A stretch of DNA of 45,153 nucleotides from Thermoplasmatota archaeon (lineage in GTDB: Archaea; Thermoplasmatota; JAKEGO01). The stretch covers positions 1 through 45,153 of the forward strand of contig JANQNK010000021.1 of NCBI GenBank assembly GCA_028279595.1, in the 5' to 3' direction. The notes under the pieces were generated by a model. It was not told the DNA's origin, ran no database searches, and saw only the letters and a program-made list of their open reading frames with translations. Position numbers and translations under genes: made by a program. Of this stretch, positions 35,436 through 45,049 are shown one piece after another (the stretch's first letter is position 1; every line of letters starts with the position of its first letter).

Positions 35436-37232
35436 ATGTTGCGCTTCGGACCCAACGGTATACCGCTGTCTTGCAAGGGGAGGACCTGGCTCGACGCTCT
35501 CTACGATGTGAAGGAGCTCGAATTGGAGGCCATCGAATTCCAGCTCCTCCGAGGGATCGGCGAACCCATCCCCGAGGCGGACCTCATAAAGGAGACCGGC
35601 CAGGAACTTGACATCTTCATCGCGGTCCACGCACCCTATTACATGGACCTCCTGGGCGACGACGAGAGTGCGGGCCGAAGCATCGAATATCTGAAATGGA
35701 GCGGCGAGGTCGCCGACTCCGTCGGCGCGAGGCTCGTGATCACCCATGTTGGCTTCTACGGCGACCTTGAGAGGAAGGAGGCCATCGACAGGGCCGTCGT
35801 GATGGTCCGCAAGATCAGGGACCACTACAAGAAGAAGAAGTACGAGCACAACCTCGGGATCGAGGTCCACGGGAAGCAGGACCTGTTCGGTAACCTGGAG
35901 GAGATCCTCGAGGTGACGAAACGGGTCTCAGGCACTGTCCCGGTCGTGAACTTCGCACACCTCCACGCGCGCGAGCGTGGCTTCTTCAAGAAGAAGGAGG
36001 ACTTCGAGGAGGTCTTCGAGGAGCTGTTCTCGGTCGAGGCCCCGTTCATCTACACGCTGTTCTCCGGGCTCGAACACGATTTCGAGGGCAACGAGCTCCG
36101 CTTCACCCCCATCAAGAAGGGCGACATGCGCTTCAACCCTCTGGCCGAGCTCCTCCTCGACAACGAGGACAAGGAGATCGTCGTGATATCCAGTTCTCCG
36201 CTCCTCGAGCACGACGCCCAGTACATGAAGGTCATCCTCAGCAGGATCGAGGAGAAGAGGATCCAGAAGGCCATCGCCCAGAAGGCCGCCGAGGAGGCGG
36301 CGAAGATCGAGGCCGCCAAGAAGAAGAAGGAGGAGGCCGCGAGGAAGAAGAAGGAAGCAGAGAAGAAGAAGAAAGAGGCGGAAAAGAAGAAGAAGGCCGA
36401 GGCCGAGAAGAAGAAGAAGGAAGCGGAAAAGAAGAAGAAAGAAGCGGAGAAGAAGAAGAAGGCTGAAGCCGAGAAGAAGAAGAAAGAGGCTGAAAAGAAG
36501 AAGAAGGCCGAGGCGGAAAAGAAGAAGAAAGAGGCAGAGAAGGCCAAGGCCGAAGCTGAGAAGAAGAAGAAGGCTGAAGCCGAGAAGAAGAAGAAAGAAT
36601 CGGAGAAGGCCAAGGCCGAAGCTGAGAAGAAGAAGAAGGCCGAGGCGGAAAAGAAGAAGAAGGAAGCGGAAAAGGCCAAGGCTGAAGCTGAGAAGAAGAA
36701 GACCGGTACCAAGTCGTCCACGGCCAAGAAGTCCGATACGAAGAAATCGACGTCGAAGAAGACCGACACCAAGAAATCGGAGACGAAGAAGGACACGAAG
36801 AAATCAGCGTCGAAGAAGTCCGACACCAAGACGTCGGATCCGAAGAAGGATACCAAGAAGTCAACCTCCAAGAAGACCGATACCAAGAAGTCGGATCCAA
36901 AGAAATCTGAATCCAAGAAATCGACCTCCAAGAAGGCCGACACGAAGAAGTCAACCTCCAAGAAGTCCGACACCAAGAAATCAGAGACGAAGAAGGACAC
37001 GAAGAAGTCCGAGACCAAGAAGTCAACCACCAAGAAGTCGGATACCAAGAAAACAGAGACAAAGAAGGACACGAAAAAAACCGAGACCAAGAAATCGACG
37101 TCAAAGAAGTCCGACACCAAGAAGTCCACATCAAAGAAGACAGATACCAAGAAATCAAGTTCGAAATCGACCTCCAAATCGTCGAGCTCGAAGAAGTCCG
37201 GATCGAAATCATCGACCAAGAAGAAGGGATGA
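35436..37232 (+). CDS. Endonuclease IV-like TIM-barrel protein with long lysine-rich repetitive tail
   Basis: MLRFGP-G, HAPYY, FAHLHAR and SPLLEHDA (archaeal Nfo-like family) in aa 1-270, then AEKKKK and KKSDTKKS repeats. Confidence 0.8.
   Translation: MLRFGPNGIPLSCKGRTWLDALYDVKELELEAIEFQLLRGIGEPIPEADLIKETGQELDIFIAVHAPYYMDLLGDDESAGRSIEYLKWSGEVADSVGARLVITHVGFYGDLERKEAIDRAVVMVRKIRDHYKKKKYEHNLGIEVHGKQDLFGNLEEILEVTKRVSGTVPVVNFAHLHARERGFFKKKEDFEEVFEELFSVEAPFIYTLFSGLEHDFEGNELRFTPIKKGDMRFNPLAELLLDNEDKEIVVISSSPLLEHDAQYMKVILSRIEEKRIQKAIAQKAAEEAAKIEAAKKKKEEAARKKKEAEKKKKEAEKKKKAEAEKKKKEAEKKKKEAEKKKKAEAEKKKKEAEKKKKAEAEKKKKEAEKAKAEAEKKKKAEAEKKKKESEKAKAEAEKKKKAEAEKKKKEAEKAKAEAEKKKTGTKSSTAKKSDTKKSTSKKTDTKKSETKKDTKKSASKKSDTKTSDPKKDTKKSTSKKTDTKKSDPKKSESKKSTSKKADTKKSTSKKSDTKKSETKKDTKKSETKKSTTKKSDTKKTETKKDTKKTETKKSTSKKSDTKKSTSKKTDTKKSSSKSTSKSSSSKKSGSKSSTKKKG
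36280..37229 (+). repeat. Degenerate coding tandem repeats (EAEKKKK, then KK[ST][DE]TKKS)
   Basis: Visible repeats of gccgagaagaagaag and gacaccaagaagtc with synonymous variation. Confidence 0.9.
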
Positions 37233-37236
37233 GGCC

Positions 37237-38748
37237 TTGGTCGACAAGGATGGTATGGCCGAGCTCGCCATCGCGATCGTCGGCTCGTGCCGCGACCCGG
37301 AATCATTGAAGAAGGAGTTCTCCCAACGATACGGGTGGGGCGGCCTGCCCCTCAACACCGAGATCATAGCAGCGGCGCCTCTCGAGGTCCGGGATGACGT
37401 GTCGAGGACGCTTCGGAAGAAGCCTTCGAGGACGATATCGGGCGTCGCGCCGGTGGCCGTCATGGCCTCTCCCGCTCCGTGCCCTCACGGGACGTGTGAC
37501 TTCTGTCCGGGGGGCGTCGATAACGACACCCCTCAGAGCTACACGGGCAGGGAACCCGCCGCGATGCGCGCCGCCGACAACGCCTACGATCCCGGGGCGC
37601 AGGTCCGGGCCCGTCTTTCCCAGTACCGCTCCGGAGGCCACTCCACCGACAAGGTGGACCTGATAGTCATGGGCGGGACCTTTTCGGCGAGGCCGAGGGA
37701 GTATCAGGAGTCCTTTGTGAAGGGCTGTCTCGATGCATTGAACGAGAGCGTCTCAGGTACCCTGGCCGAGGCCCAGAACGCCAATGCACGCGCTCCGAAC
37801 CGCTGCGTCGGCCTGACACTCGAGACGAGGCCCGACCTCTTCGGCCCAGATGGGGTCGACGACGCCGTCCGCCTTGGCACCACGAGGGTGGAACTGGGTG
37901 TCCAGACGCTCAGGGACGATGTACTTACGTCGGTCAACCGGGGTCATTCCGTCGCCGCTACGATCACGGCCACCCATGCGGCGAAGTCTGCAGGCCTGAA
38001 GGTCCTCTACCAGATGATGCCCGGCCTTCCAGGGACCACTCCCGAAGGCGACCTCGAGGACTTCGAACGGCTCTTCTCCGATCCAGGGTTCATGCCCGAC
38101 ATGCTGAAGATCTATCCGACACTGGTCATCGAGGGCACCAGACTTCACGACCTATGGTCCTCGGGGGACTACGAACCGATGGATGACGCGAACGCGGTCG
38201 ACCTCATCGCCCGGATCAAGGAGCTGGTCCCTCCCTGGGTCCGCATACAGAGGGTGCAGCGCGACATCCCGGCCCCGCTGATATCCGCTGGGGTCCGAAA
38301 GGGAAACCTTCGCGAGCTGGCCCAGCGCAGGATGGAGGAGGCTGGCAACAGATGCAAGTGCATCAGGTGCCGGGAGGTAGGACGGGTCGACGATGGCGGA
38401 GCGGATCACGAACTCAAGGCGAGGGAATACCAGGCCTCCGCCGGACGCGAGGTATTCCTCTCCTTCGAGAACGTGTCATCGATAGCAGCGTACCTCCGCC
38501 TCAGACTCGACGGCCATACTGCGCGCATCAGGGAGCTCAAGGTCCTGGGGGAGGTCGTTCCGCTGGGCCGTAGAGGCCCCGGTTGGCAGCACGGAGGACT
38601 GGGATCGGCACTTCTCAGCGAGGCCGAGTCCATCTCTGCCTCCGAGGGCGCCGACAAGGTACTGGTAACGAGCGGGGTCGGCGTCAGGGACTATTACTCG
38701 GCGAGGGGATACGCCCTCGATGGGATGTACATGGCCAAGACGATATGA
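37237..38748 (+). CDS. elp3: Elp3 tRNA uridine(34) acetyltransferase (radical SAM + GNAT)
   Basis: RTISGVAPVAVM, CPHGTCDFCPGG, SYTG-EP, ETRPD, KIYPTLV, RVQRDIP, CIRCRE and WQH-GLG. Confidence 0.95.
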   Translation: MVDKDGMAELAIAIVGSCRDPESLKKEFSQRYGWGGLPLNTEIIAAAPLEVRDDVSRTLRKKPSRTISGVAPVAVMASPAPCPHGTCDFCPGGVDNDTPQSYTGREPAAMRAADNAYDPGAQVRARLSQYRSGGHSTDKVDLIVMGGTFSARPREYQESFVKGCLDALNESVSGTLAEAQNANARAPNRCVGLTLETRPDLFGPDGVDDAVRLGTTRVELGVQTLRDDVLTSVNRGHSVAATITATHAAKSAGLKVLYQMMPGLPGTTPEGDLEDFERLFSDPGFMPDMLKIYPTLVIEGTRLHDLWSSGDYEPMDDANAVDLIARIKELVPPWVRIQRVQRDIPAPLISAGVRKGNLRELAQRRMEEAGNRCKCIRCREVGRVDDGGADHELKAREYQASAGREVFLSFENVSSIAAYLRLRLDGHTARIRELKVLGEVVPLGRRGPGWQHGGLGSALLSEAESISASEGADKVLVTSGVGVRDYYSARGYALDGMYMAKTI

Positions 38749-38830
38749 CCCCGGCCATACGGCCGAGGGTAAAATGTTCACCACAATCATTTAATCCTAT
38801 GAGCCTCTAGACGCTGCGATAGGTGGTACT

Positions 38831-41170
38831 ATGAAATGGTTCATAGCTCTGATCGCGCTGGCTCTCGCAATGGCCCCACTCCAACTCGAGGCGGAGGCTG
38901 CACATACCGGGAACATCGACGTGATGGACCCCTATCTCGAGGAGCGACTGCTCGAAATGGACAGTGACGATGAGGTCGCCATGATAGTCCAGTTCACCGT
39001 TCCTGTCGAGAAGGTCGAAAGCCTGCTGTCATCCCTCGGCCTCGAGGTCGACGTCGAACTGGTCTCCATCAACGGAGCATCCATGGTCGCTTCGAAGGAC
39101 CAGGCCCTCGACCTGTCGAGGGACCCCAGGGTCCGGTACATGGAGGCCGACCAGCCGCTCACATACTTCATGGAGGTCTCGGCCCACGCCATCGGAGCCT
39201 CGACCCAGTGGAACTACATGGAGCTCGACGACGAGCAGCCGATAGTCGACGACGACGGCTATCTCAAACGTATAGACGGCAGGGGCGTTACGGCGGTCGT
39301 GCTGGACACAGGCATCGACGCCGGGCACCCGGACCTCGACTACCTCACGAAGACGATCAAGAACGAGAAGCGCGGCGAGAACGGCTGGACCGAGATGGAG
39401 AACAGCGACACTTCCTCCGGTCACGGGACCCACTGCGCCGGGACCGTCGGCGGGAACGGGGACGCCTCCGCTGGCGCGCGTCGAGGAGTGGCTCCAGGCG
39501 CCAATCTCTACGGAATGTCCACAGGTGAGGGTCTGGCGATCATCTACGGAGCCGAGGCCCTGGACCGCGTTGCCCAGCTGACACGACCGGGCGAGAACGA
39601 ACTGAACATACGCGTCGTCTCCAACAGCTGGGGGAGCGCGGGCAATCGTTACGATCCCGAGAGCGCCATCACGCGTATCGTGGAGGTACTCAACTACGAG
39701 AACGACGTTGCTGTCGTCTTCGCGGCAGGCAACTCCGGCGGTGACGGGTCATCGATCCAGACGAACCCGTACGCCAACATACCATCCTCAATCAGCGTCG
39801 CGGCCGCCCAGCGGGACGGCAACGGGATGGCCGACTTCAGCTCACGGGGACACAAGGACATCAAGGAGACCTGGCCCGACATCGCAGCCCCGGGCGTGGA
39901 TATCTGGTCCACTGCCCCCAGGGGAACGCTCATCGACGGCGCCCAGCGACCGTCGGATGACGACCTATACTACATGGCCATCAGCGGAACCAGCATGGCG
40001 ACGCCACACATCTCGGGGGTCGTCGCGCTGCTCTACCAGGCGGCACCTTCCCTGACCTTCACGAACGTCCACGAGGATTACTCTGGAGGCGACGGCGCAC
40101 CTTCGGCCGAACAGTGGTACAACGACACCACCACACTGATATCCGAGGCCGAGCTGATCATGGAGGCGACCGCCGACTACATGCCATCCGGCTCAATGGG
40201 CGTCCCGAGCGGCAACTGGACCAACGAGCACGGCTGGCAGTACGACTTCGCCCAGGGGTACGGCCTGGTCAACGTCACACGCGCCGTCGATGTCGCCATG
40301 ACCCTCGAGACCCTCCGGACTATTGACACCGACCGCGACGGCTATCCGGACATGCCCGACGCCACGGTGTTCGACGCACTCCAGTATCACAACCTCACGT
40401 TCAAGATGCACGTGATGAAGCACACCGACACCCTCAAGACCAAGTGGCATGGGGAGTGGGCCCACTTCACACGGCAGACCGTCAGTCCGGGCGTCTACGA
40501 GACCGAGTCCACGGTCCATGTCCAGGTCCCCATGGGCGTGAACCATATGTCCATCAAGTTCGACTACGAGGCATGGAGCGCGGCCTCGTACTACTTCGCA
40601 AACCTCGACCTCGCGATCGACTGGGACGGTGACGGGAACAACGACTTCGCCACCCCGTCGGCGAACACCGAGGGCGTCAAGACCTACGAGATCGACGTTA
40701 CAGCGGACATGACCGACATGTACTGGGCCTTCTGGGTGGACGGAGAGAGTGCTGGCTACAACTGGGAGGACGAGTTCTTCGAACCGACCGTCAACTTCCA
40801 GGTGTCCATATCGGCGAGCCTCGATCCCGGGATGATCATCGTCCCCATGCCGAACCACCATACGAACGTCCGGTGGTTCGAGTTCGGGGAACCGACATCG
40901 TCAGCGGTCAACACAACAGTCTACATCGAATCACTGGTCCTCGATCCCGGCTATCTTAGACCGATGGACACGAACACGAAGGTGGTGACCAAGGACAAGG
41001 AGGTCCTCGACTCGGGCACGCTGATCCTGGTCGCGATAATCATGCTCGTCGCGGGACTCGCACTGGGATTCATACTGAAACGCTCGAGGACAGAGACCGT
41101 CGAGCCCGAGATCGTCGAGGTGGCCGATGGTCCCGTTCTCGAACCTGTCCCGCCCGAGGCCGATCAGTGA
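38831..41170 (+). CDS. Membrane-anchored subtilisin-like S8 serine peptidase
   Basis: Signal peptide and propeptide; triad VLDTG, GHGTHCAG and SGTSMATP; AAGNSG oxyanion motif; C-terminal TM helix. Confidence 0.92.
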   Translation: MKWFIALIALALAMAPLQLEAEAAHTGNIDVMDPYLEERLLEMDSDDEVAMIVQFTVPVEKVESLLSSLGLEVDVELVSINGASMVASKDQALDLSRDPRVRYMEADQPLTYFMEVSAHAIGASTQWNYMELDDEQPIVDDDGYLKRIDGRGVTAVVLDTGIDAGHPDLDYLTKTIKNEKRGENGWTEMENSDTSSGHGTHCAGTVGGNGDASAGARRGVAPGANLYGMSTGEGLAIIYGAEALDRVAQLTRPGENELNIRVVSNSWGSAGNRYDPESAITRIVEVLNYENDVAVVFAAGNSGGDGSSIQTNPYANIPSSISVAAAQRDGNGMADFSSRGHKDIKETWPDIAAPGVDIWSTAPRGTLIDGAQRPSDDDLYYMAISGTSMATPHISGVVALLYQAAPSLTFTNVHEDYSGGDGAPSAEQWYNDTTTLISEAELIMEATADYMPSGSMGVPSGNWTNEHGWQYDFAQGYGLVNVTRAVDVAMTLETLRTIDTDRDGYPDMPDATVFDALQYHNLTFKMHVMKHTDTLKTKWHGEWAHFTRQTVSPGVYETESTVHVQVPMGVNHMSIKFDYEAWSAASYYFANLDLAIDWDGDGNNDFATPSANTEGVKTYEIDVTADMTDMYWAFWVDGESAGYNWEDEFFEPTVNFQVSISASLDPGMIIVPMPNHHTNVRWFEFGEPTSSAVNTTVYIESLVLDPGYLRPMDTNTKVVTKDKEVLDSGTLILVAIIMLVAGLALGFILKRSRTETVEPEIVEVADGPVLEPVPPEADQ

Positions 41171-41234
41171 TCCGGGACCAATCTACTAGCTGATGGCTCG
41201 TATGAAAAGGGAATGGACCAGCGTCGATCTGGGA

Positions 41235-42422
41235 TCATCCTACCCGGAATGACTGCTTGCAGGACGGACACGTAACGTTCTTTGCACCGGCCGGTATGAC
41301 AATGTTCCCGCCACATCCCGGACACCGGGACTGCCGTGCTCCCGCCTGCTGGGGCGCCGCCTGCTGCTGCGGTGCCGCTCCCGGCTGCCTCTGGGCTGCC
41401 GCAGGCGCGGCTGCGGGCCTCTGGGCACCGCCGATGTTGTACGAACGGCCGCATCCAGTACACTTGATGGTCGATGCGCCCGGTGGTATCGCGATCATGG
41501 TCCCGCAACCAGGACACTTCTGCTGTCTCGCTGCCTGGGCCGGTGCTGCCGCCGGACGTCTCTGTGCCGCTGCGCCGCTCGCTCCCGCACCTATCTGGTA
41601 GGATTTGCCGCACGAGGCGCACTTGATGGACGCGGCCCCCGGCGGAATGGGGATCCCCGCACCGCAGGCGGGACACTTCGTCTGTCTGGTCGGCGCACCC
41701 CCCGCTACCTCCTTCTTCGGAGCGTTCGCTGCTCCGGCTGCAGCCGGTTTCTTCTCTACATCCTTCTTGAAATGTATGAACGCGCCCACCCCCAGGCAGG
41801 CGCCTCCGGCGATGATGAGTATCAGGCCCATGGTGAGGAACGTCTCGATGTCGATTACGTCGCTCGACGAGAGCCCCTTAGCCTCCCCCTCGTCCATCGG
41901 ATCACCGAGCTGCTGTAAGTACTCGCTGTCGTCCTTGACGCCAGCGACCTTCATCTCGATGGCTATGACCTGCCCCTTGGTGAGGTCGCCCGTGACATCC
42001 CCGTCAAAGAACACGTATGGTTTGTGTCTGTCGGCCGTGCTGCACAGGGCGAGCGCCACATCCCGATGGAGGTTGTCCGGGTCCTTGATCTTGCCGTCCC
42101 CCATGCCCGTGCTCTTGAACCAGACCAAGGTTTTACCAAGGGTACTGTTGTATTGGAAATCGGCAATATTGTCCTTAAGGAACACCGTATCCCCGGGGCC
42201 GAGGTCCCTGAAGTCCCTGATGCTCCTGTCCCAGTCGACGATCCTCGATCCGGGAGGGCCGGTCATCTTCGGTTTGAAGTAGAACTTCCCCTCCATCTCG
42301 TCCATGGTCCAGACCGCCTCCCCGGCGGTCAGGAAATCGAATATGAAGATGTAGAACACAACCCCGACGAGCATCAGGATGACGCCGAGGGTGATGATGA
42401 TCTGACCGAGCTTGACCGCCAT
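41235..42422 (-). CDS. Two-TM membrane protein with three C-terminal Cys4 zinc fingers
   Basis: TM, ~190-aa loop, TM, then three CxxC-x14-CxxC units in Ala/Pro/Gln linkers. Start taken at ATG 42422. Confidence 0.8.
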   Translation of the reverse strand: MAVKLGQIIITLGVILMLVGVVFYIFIFDFLTAGEAVWTMDEMEGKFYFKPKMTGPPGSRIVDWDRSIRDFRDLGPGDTVFLKDNIADFQYNSTLGKTLVWFKSTGMGDGKIKDPDNLHRDVALALCSTADRHKPYVFFDGDVTGDLTKGQVIAIEMKVAGVKDDSEYLQQLGDPMDEGEAKGLSSSDVIDIETFLTMGLILIIAGGACLGVGAFIHFKKDVEKKPAAAGAANAPKKEVAGGAPTRQTKCPACGAGIPIPPGAASIKCASCGKSYQIGAGASGAAAQRRPAAAPAQAARQQKCPGCGTMIAIPPGASTIKCTGCGRSYNIGGAQRPAAAPAAAQRQPGAAPQQQAAPQQAGARQSRCPGCGGNIVIPAGAKNVTCPSCKQSFRVG

Positions 42423-42535
42423 GTTGCCACCGTGTGGTCCGTGATATCGACAGCTTCGATATAACCTTTTTCCTATTCGATACTGTGATGCCGTTCCGGT
42501 AGGTGTTATCAATGGTCCGGACAATCACCCCGCTG

Positions 42536-43525
42536 ATGACGGATTGGATAGTCGAACTTGCAGGCGAGGACGCCGACTTCGCGACCATGGAGATGGCTGC
42601 CGCCCTCCAGGCGGAGGGCGTCGACGCCACCGGACCCGAGGTCCTGGGGCGCCATGCCATCATCTCGGCGGACTCCCCCCTTCCCGCCCTTGAAAGGCTG
42701 GCAATGGCCCATAGGATATTCGGGAAGGTGGCCGAATCCCCATCCCTGGACGATCTCCTTGCCGATACATCCCGGATCGCCGGCGCGCTCGATGGAACGT
42801 ACCGGATCTCCCTGGAAATGACGGACGGCACGGCTGCCGAGGCCCGCGAGACCATCGAAAGGCTCGCGAGCGCGATCGACGCACAGGTGTCCTTGAGAGG
42901 TCCCGACACCGTCCTCAAGGTGATCGTCGCTCCCGGTAGGGTCGTGGTTGGCGCGTACAGGGGCGATTCGGCAAGGCGCACGGCCCTGTCCCGGGATGTC
43001 ATGAAACGTCCGTATTTCAGCCCGGTCTCCATAAGGTCCGAATATGCCAGAGCGCTCGTGAACCTATCAAGGGCGCCGTCGGGCGGGACCCTGGCAGACC
43101 CCTTCTGTGGTGGAGGGGGGATCCTGATGGAGGCAGCAGCATCCGGCATTCGGACTGTCGGGATCGATATCGACGGCGGCATGCTCGAGGGGGCTGCAAC
43201 AAATCTCGAGAGGTTCGGCCTCGACGCCGAGCTCATGGAGGGCGATGTGTCCATGCTATCTGAACACGCCCCCCTGGACGCCGTCGCCACTGACCCGCCC
43301 TACGGCAGATCGACATCACTCCGGGACGAGGGTCTTGCGGCGATCTACACCCGAATGTTCACGGCATCGGCAGAATCCCTCAGAACGGGAGGGCACCTCG
43401 CCGTCGCCCTTCCAGCGGAATGGGCGATCAGGCTCGGAGGGGAGCACCTCGAGATGATCGGCTCCCACCCGATGAAGGTCCACCGCTCGCTGACACGGTG
43501 GTTCACGGTCTTCAGAAAGGTCTAG
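42536..43525 (+). CDS. tRNA m2G10 methyltransferase (Trm11/TrmG10-like)
   Basis: RPYFSPVS, ARALVNL, DPFCGGGG-LMEA, TDPPYGRS and VHRSLTR. Confidence 0.85.
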   Translation: MTDWIVELAGEDADFATMEMAAALQAEGVDATGPEVLGRHAIISADSPLPALERLAMAHRIFGKVAESPSLDDLLADTSRIAGALDGTYRISLEMTDGTAAEARETIERLASAIDAQVSLRGPDTVLKVIVAPGRVVVGAYRGDSARRTALSRDVMKRPYFSPVSIRSEYARALVNLSRAPSGGTLADPFCGGGGILMEAAASGIRTVGIDIDGGMLEGAATNLERFGLDAELMEGDVSMLSEHAPLDAVATDPPYGRSTSLRDEGLAAIYTRMFTASAESLRTGGHLAVALPAEWAIRLGGEHLEMIGSHPMKVHRSLTRWFTVFRKV

Positions 43526-43529
43526 CGGC

Positions 43530-44576
43530 TCAGCTTATTACCTGGGTTATCTTGCACACGTTGACGGCTGCCTTCTTCCCTAGGCCGCCGTTAAGGATCG
43601 TATACCTCTCCGGATTGATCTCGTGAGCGGTGACGAGTGCCTCGACCACCGTGTCCTCGTCCAGTCCGAGGCTGACGGCGTCCGTGGGGGCGCCGACTAT
43701 CCTCAGTGCATCCCGAATGGACTCCCAGTCCCCGCCGTGGAGGTACATCATGATTATCGAGCCGACGCCGCACTGCTCTCCGTGCAGTGCCGGGCGCTCG
43801 GCGATCCGGTCCAGGGAATGGCTGAACATGTGCTCCGCACCGCTCGCGGGCCTTGACGTCCCGGCGATGCTCATGGCGACGCTCGACAGTACGAGGCTCT
43901 TGACGAGTATCCGGAACCCCTCGGCCGTTCCCGATGCGACTACCTCCGCGTTGTTGACCAGGACGTCGGCGCTGAGGTCCGATAGCGCCGAGCCGTAGTA
44001 GCTGACCCTCTCGCCACGGATCCTCGACGCCAGGCGCCAATCGAGGACGGCCGTCTTGTTCGAAACGACGTCTCCGAACCCGGACACCCACAGGCGTCTC
44101 GGGGAGCGCGAGATCACATCGAGGTCGGCGACCACCGCGATGGGCGACCGGGCGGCGGAGGACGACTTCAGCCCGTCCTCGATTATCGACGCCCTGTCGG
44201 AGGCTATCCCGTCATGGGACGCCGCCGTCGGTACGCTGATGAACGGCGTGTCGACCTCGAACGCGGCGACCTTCGCAACGTCGATGGGCCTACCGCCACC
44301 GACCGCAACGAGGAACATCCCCCTCTCGACCTCCGCCTTCAACCTCTCGACGTTGTCCCTGTCCGCTCCGGTGACTATGAACCTAGAACTCTCGATACCG
44401 CTCGCCCCGAGCCCGTCCATGACCATCCGGCCGGCCGCATCGAACGTCCCCTCGTCGGAGACCACGACGGCCTGTCCCGGAAGCCCCAGAGCCCTGACTA
44501 TGGAGGGTATCTCATCGATGACACCCGATCCCATGATGATGTTCCTGGGAAGTACCATCATTTTCAGATCGTCCAT
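43530..44576 (-). CDS. egsA: sn-glycerol-1-phosphate dehydrogenase
   Basis: GGGRPIDVAK, PTAASHDGIAS, SRPASGAEH-FSH, LHGEQCG and ERYTIL. Confidence 0.95.
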   Translation of the reverse strand: MDDLKMMVLPRNIIMGSGVIDEIPSIVRALGLPGQAVVVSDEGTFDAAGRMVMDGLGASGIESSRFIVTGADRDNVERLKAEVERGMFLVAVGGGRPIDVAKVAAFEVDTPFISVPTAASHDGIASDRASIIEDGLKSSSAARSPIAVVADLDVISRSPRRLWVSGFGDVVSNKTAVLDWRLASRIRGERVSYYGSALSDLSADVLVNNAEVVASGTAEGFRILVKSLVLSSVAMSIAGTSRPASGAEHMFSHSLDRIAERPALHGEQCGVGSIIMMYLHGGDWESIRDALRIVGAPTDAVSLGLDEDTVVEALVTAHEINPERYTILNGGLGKKAAVNVCKITQVIS

Positions 44577-44647
44577 GCGGTCACCTCGACTGCATCGTAG
44601 GGTCGTGATAAATAGGTTGTGGGCCCTTCAGGGCCCAGCAGGCTGGC

Positions 44648-44947
44648 TCAGCTGACGGTGAGGGAACCGTAGCGTCCGGACGAGACCTGCAACTCGCCGT
44701 TCCAGATCTTCGCATATCCGTTCTTGATGAGGACCGTCGCACCCTGCTCCACCTTGTCGACGTCGTCGTTCCAGAGCGTGATCTTCACCGTGTCTCCCTG
44801 TCCGTCCTTGCCAACTGCGTCGCGAACCCTGCCCTCGTCGCCCCACTTCGTGAGGTATGTTCGAATATCGCTGAGCTCCTCGATGCTGAGCTCGATCTCT
44901 TCGACGGGTTGGTTCGCTGCGAGGTCCTTAACCATCATACGCTTCAC
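44648..44947 (-). CDS. ssb: Single-OB-fold single-stranded DNA-binding protein
   Basis: GRV-DA--KD--G-TVKITLWN and IKNGY--WNGELQVSSGRYG. The true start may be ATG 44938. Confidence 0.82.
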   Translation of the reverse strand: MKRMMVKDLAANQPVEEIELSIEELSDIRTYLTKWGDEGRVRDAVGKDGQGDTVKITLWNDDVDKVEQGATVLIKNGYAKIWNGELQVSSGRYGSLTVS

Positions 44948-45028
44948 CTGGGACCGCAGACAAAATAGGGGGTCTTATAATTTTCCCCGCGGCTTCCCCG
45001 GCATCAGCACAGCTAACTGAATGAAGAA

Positions 45029-45049
45029 TGGCACCGAGGGAGGGATTCG
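45029..45049 (-). other. 3' end of a tRNA (Ser-like), broken in the T-loop
   Basis: Minus strand reads CGAAT-CCCTC-CCTCGGT-G-CCA and then a pyrimidine tract; the sequence immediately upstream is not TT plus the 5' T-stem. Confidence 0.6.

Noticed and set aside
36280-37229. Repeat array considered as a possible CRISPR
   Set aside because: The repeats are degenerate, in frame and coding, with no unique spacers and no cas genes.
36050-37306. 418-aa Phe/Ser-rich and 324-aa Ser-rich minus-strand ORFs
   Set aside because: Antisense shadows of the AAG-rich lysine repeat in the plus-strand gene.
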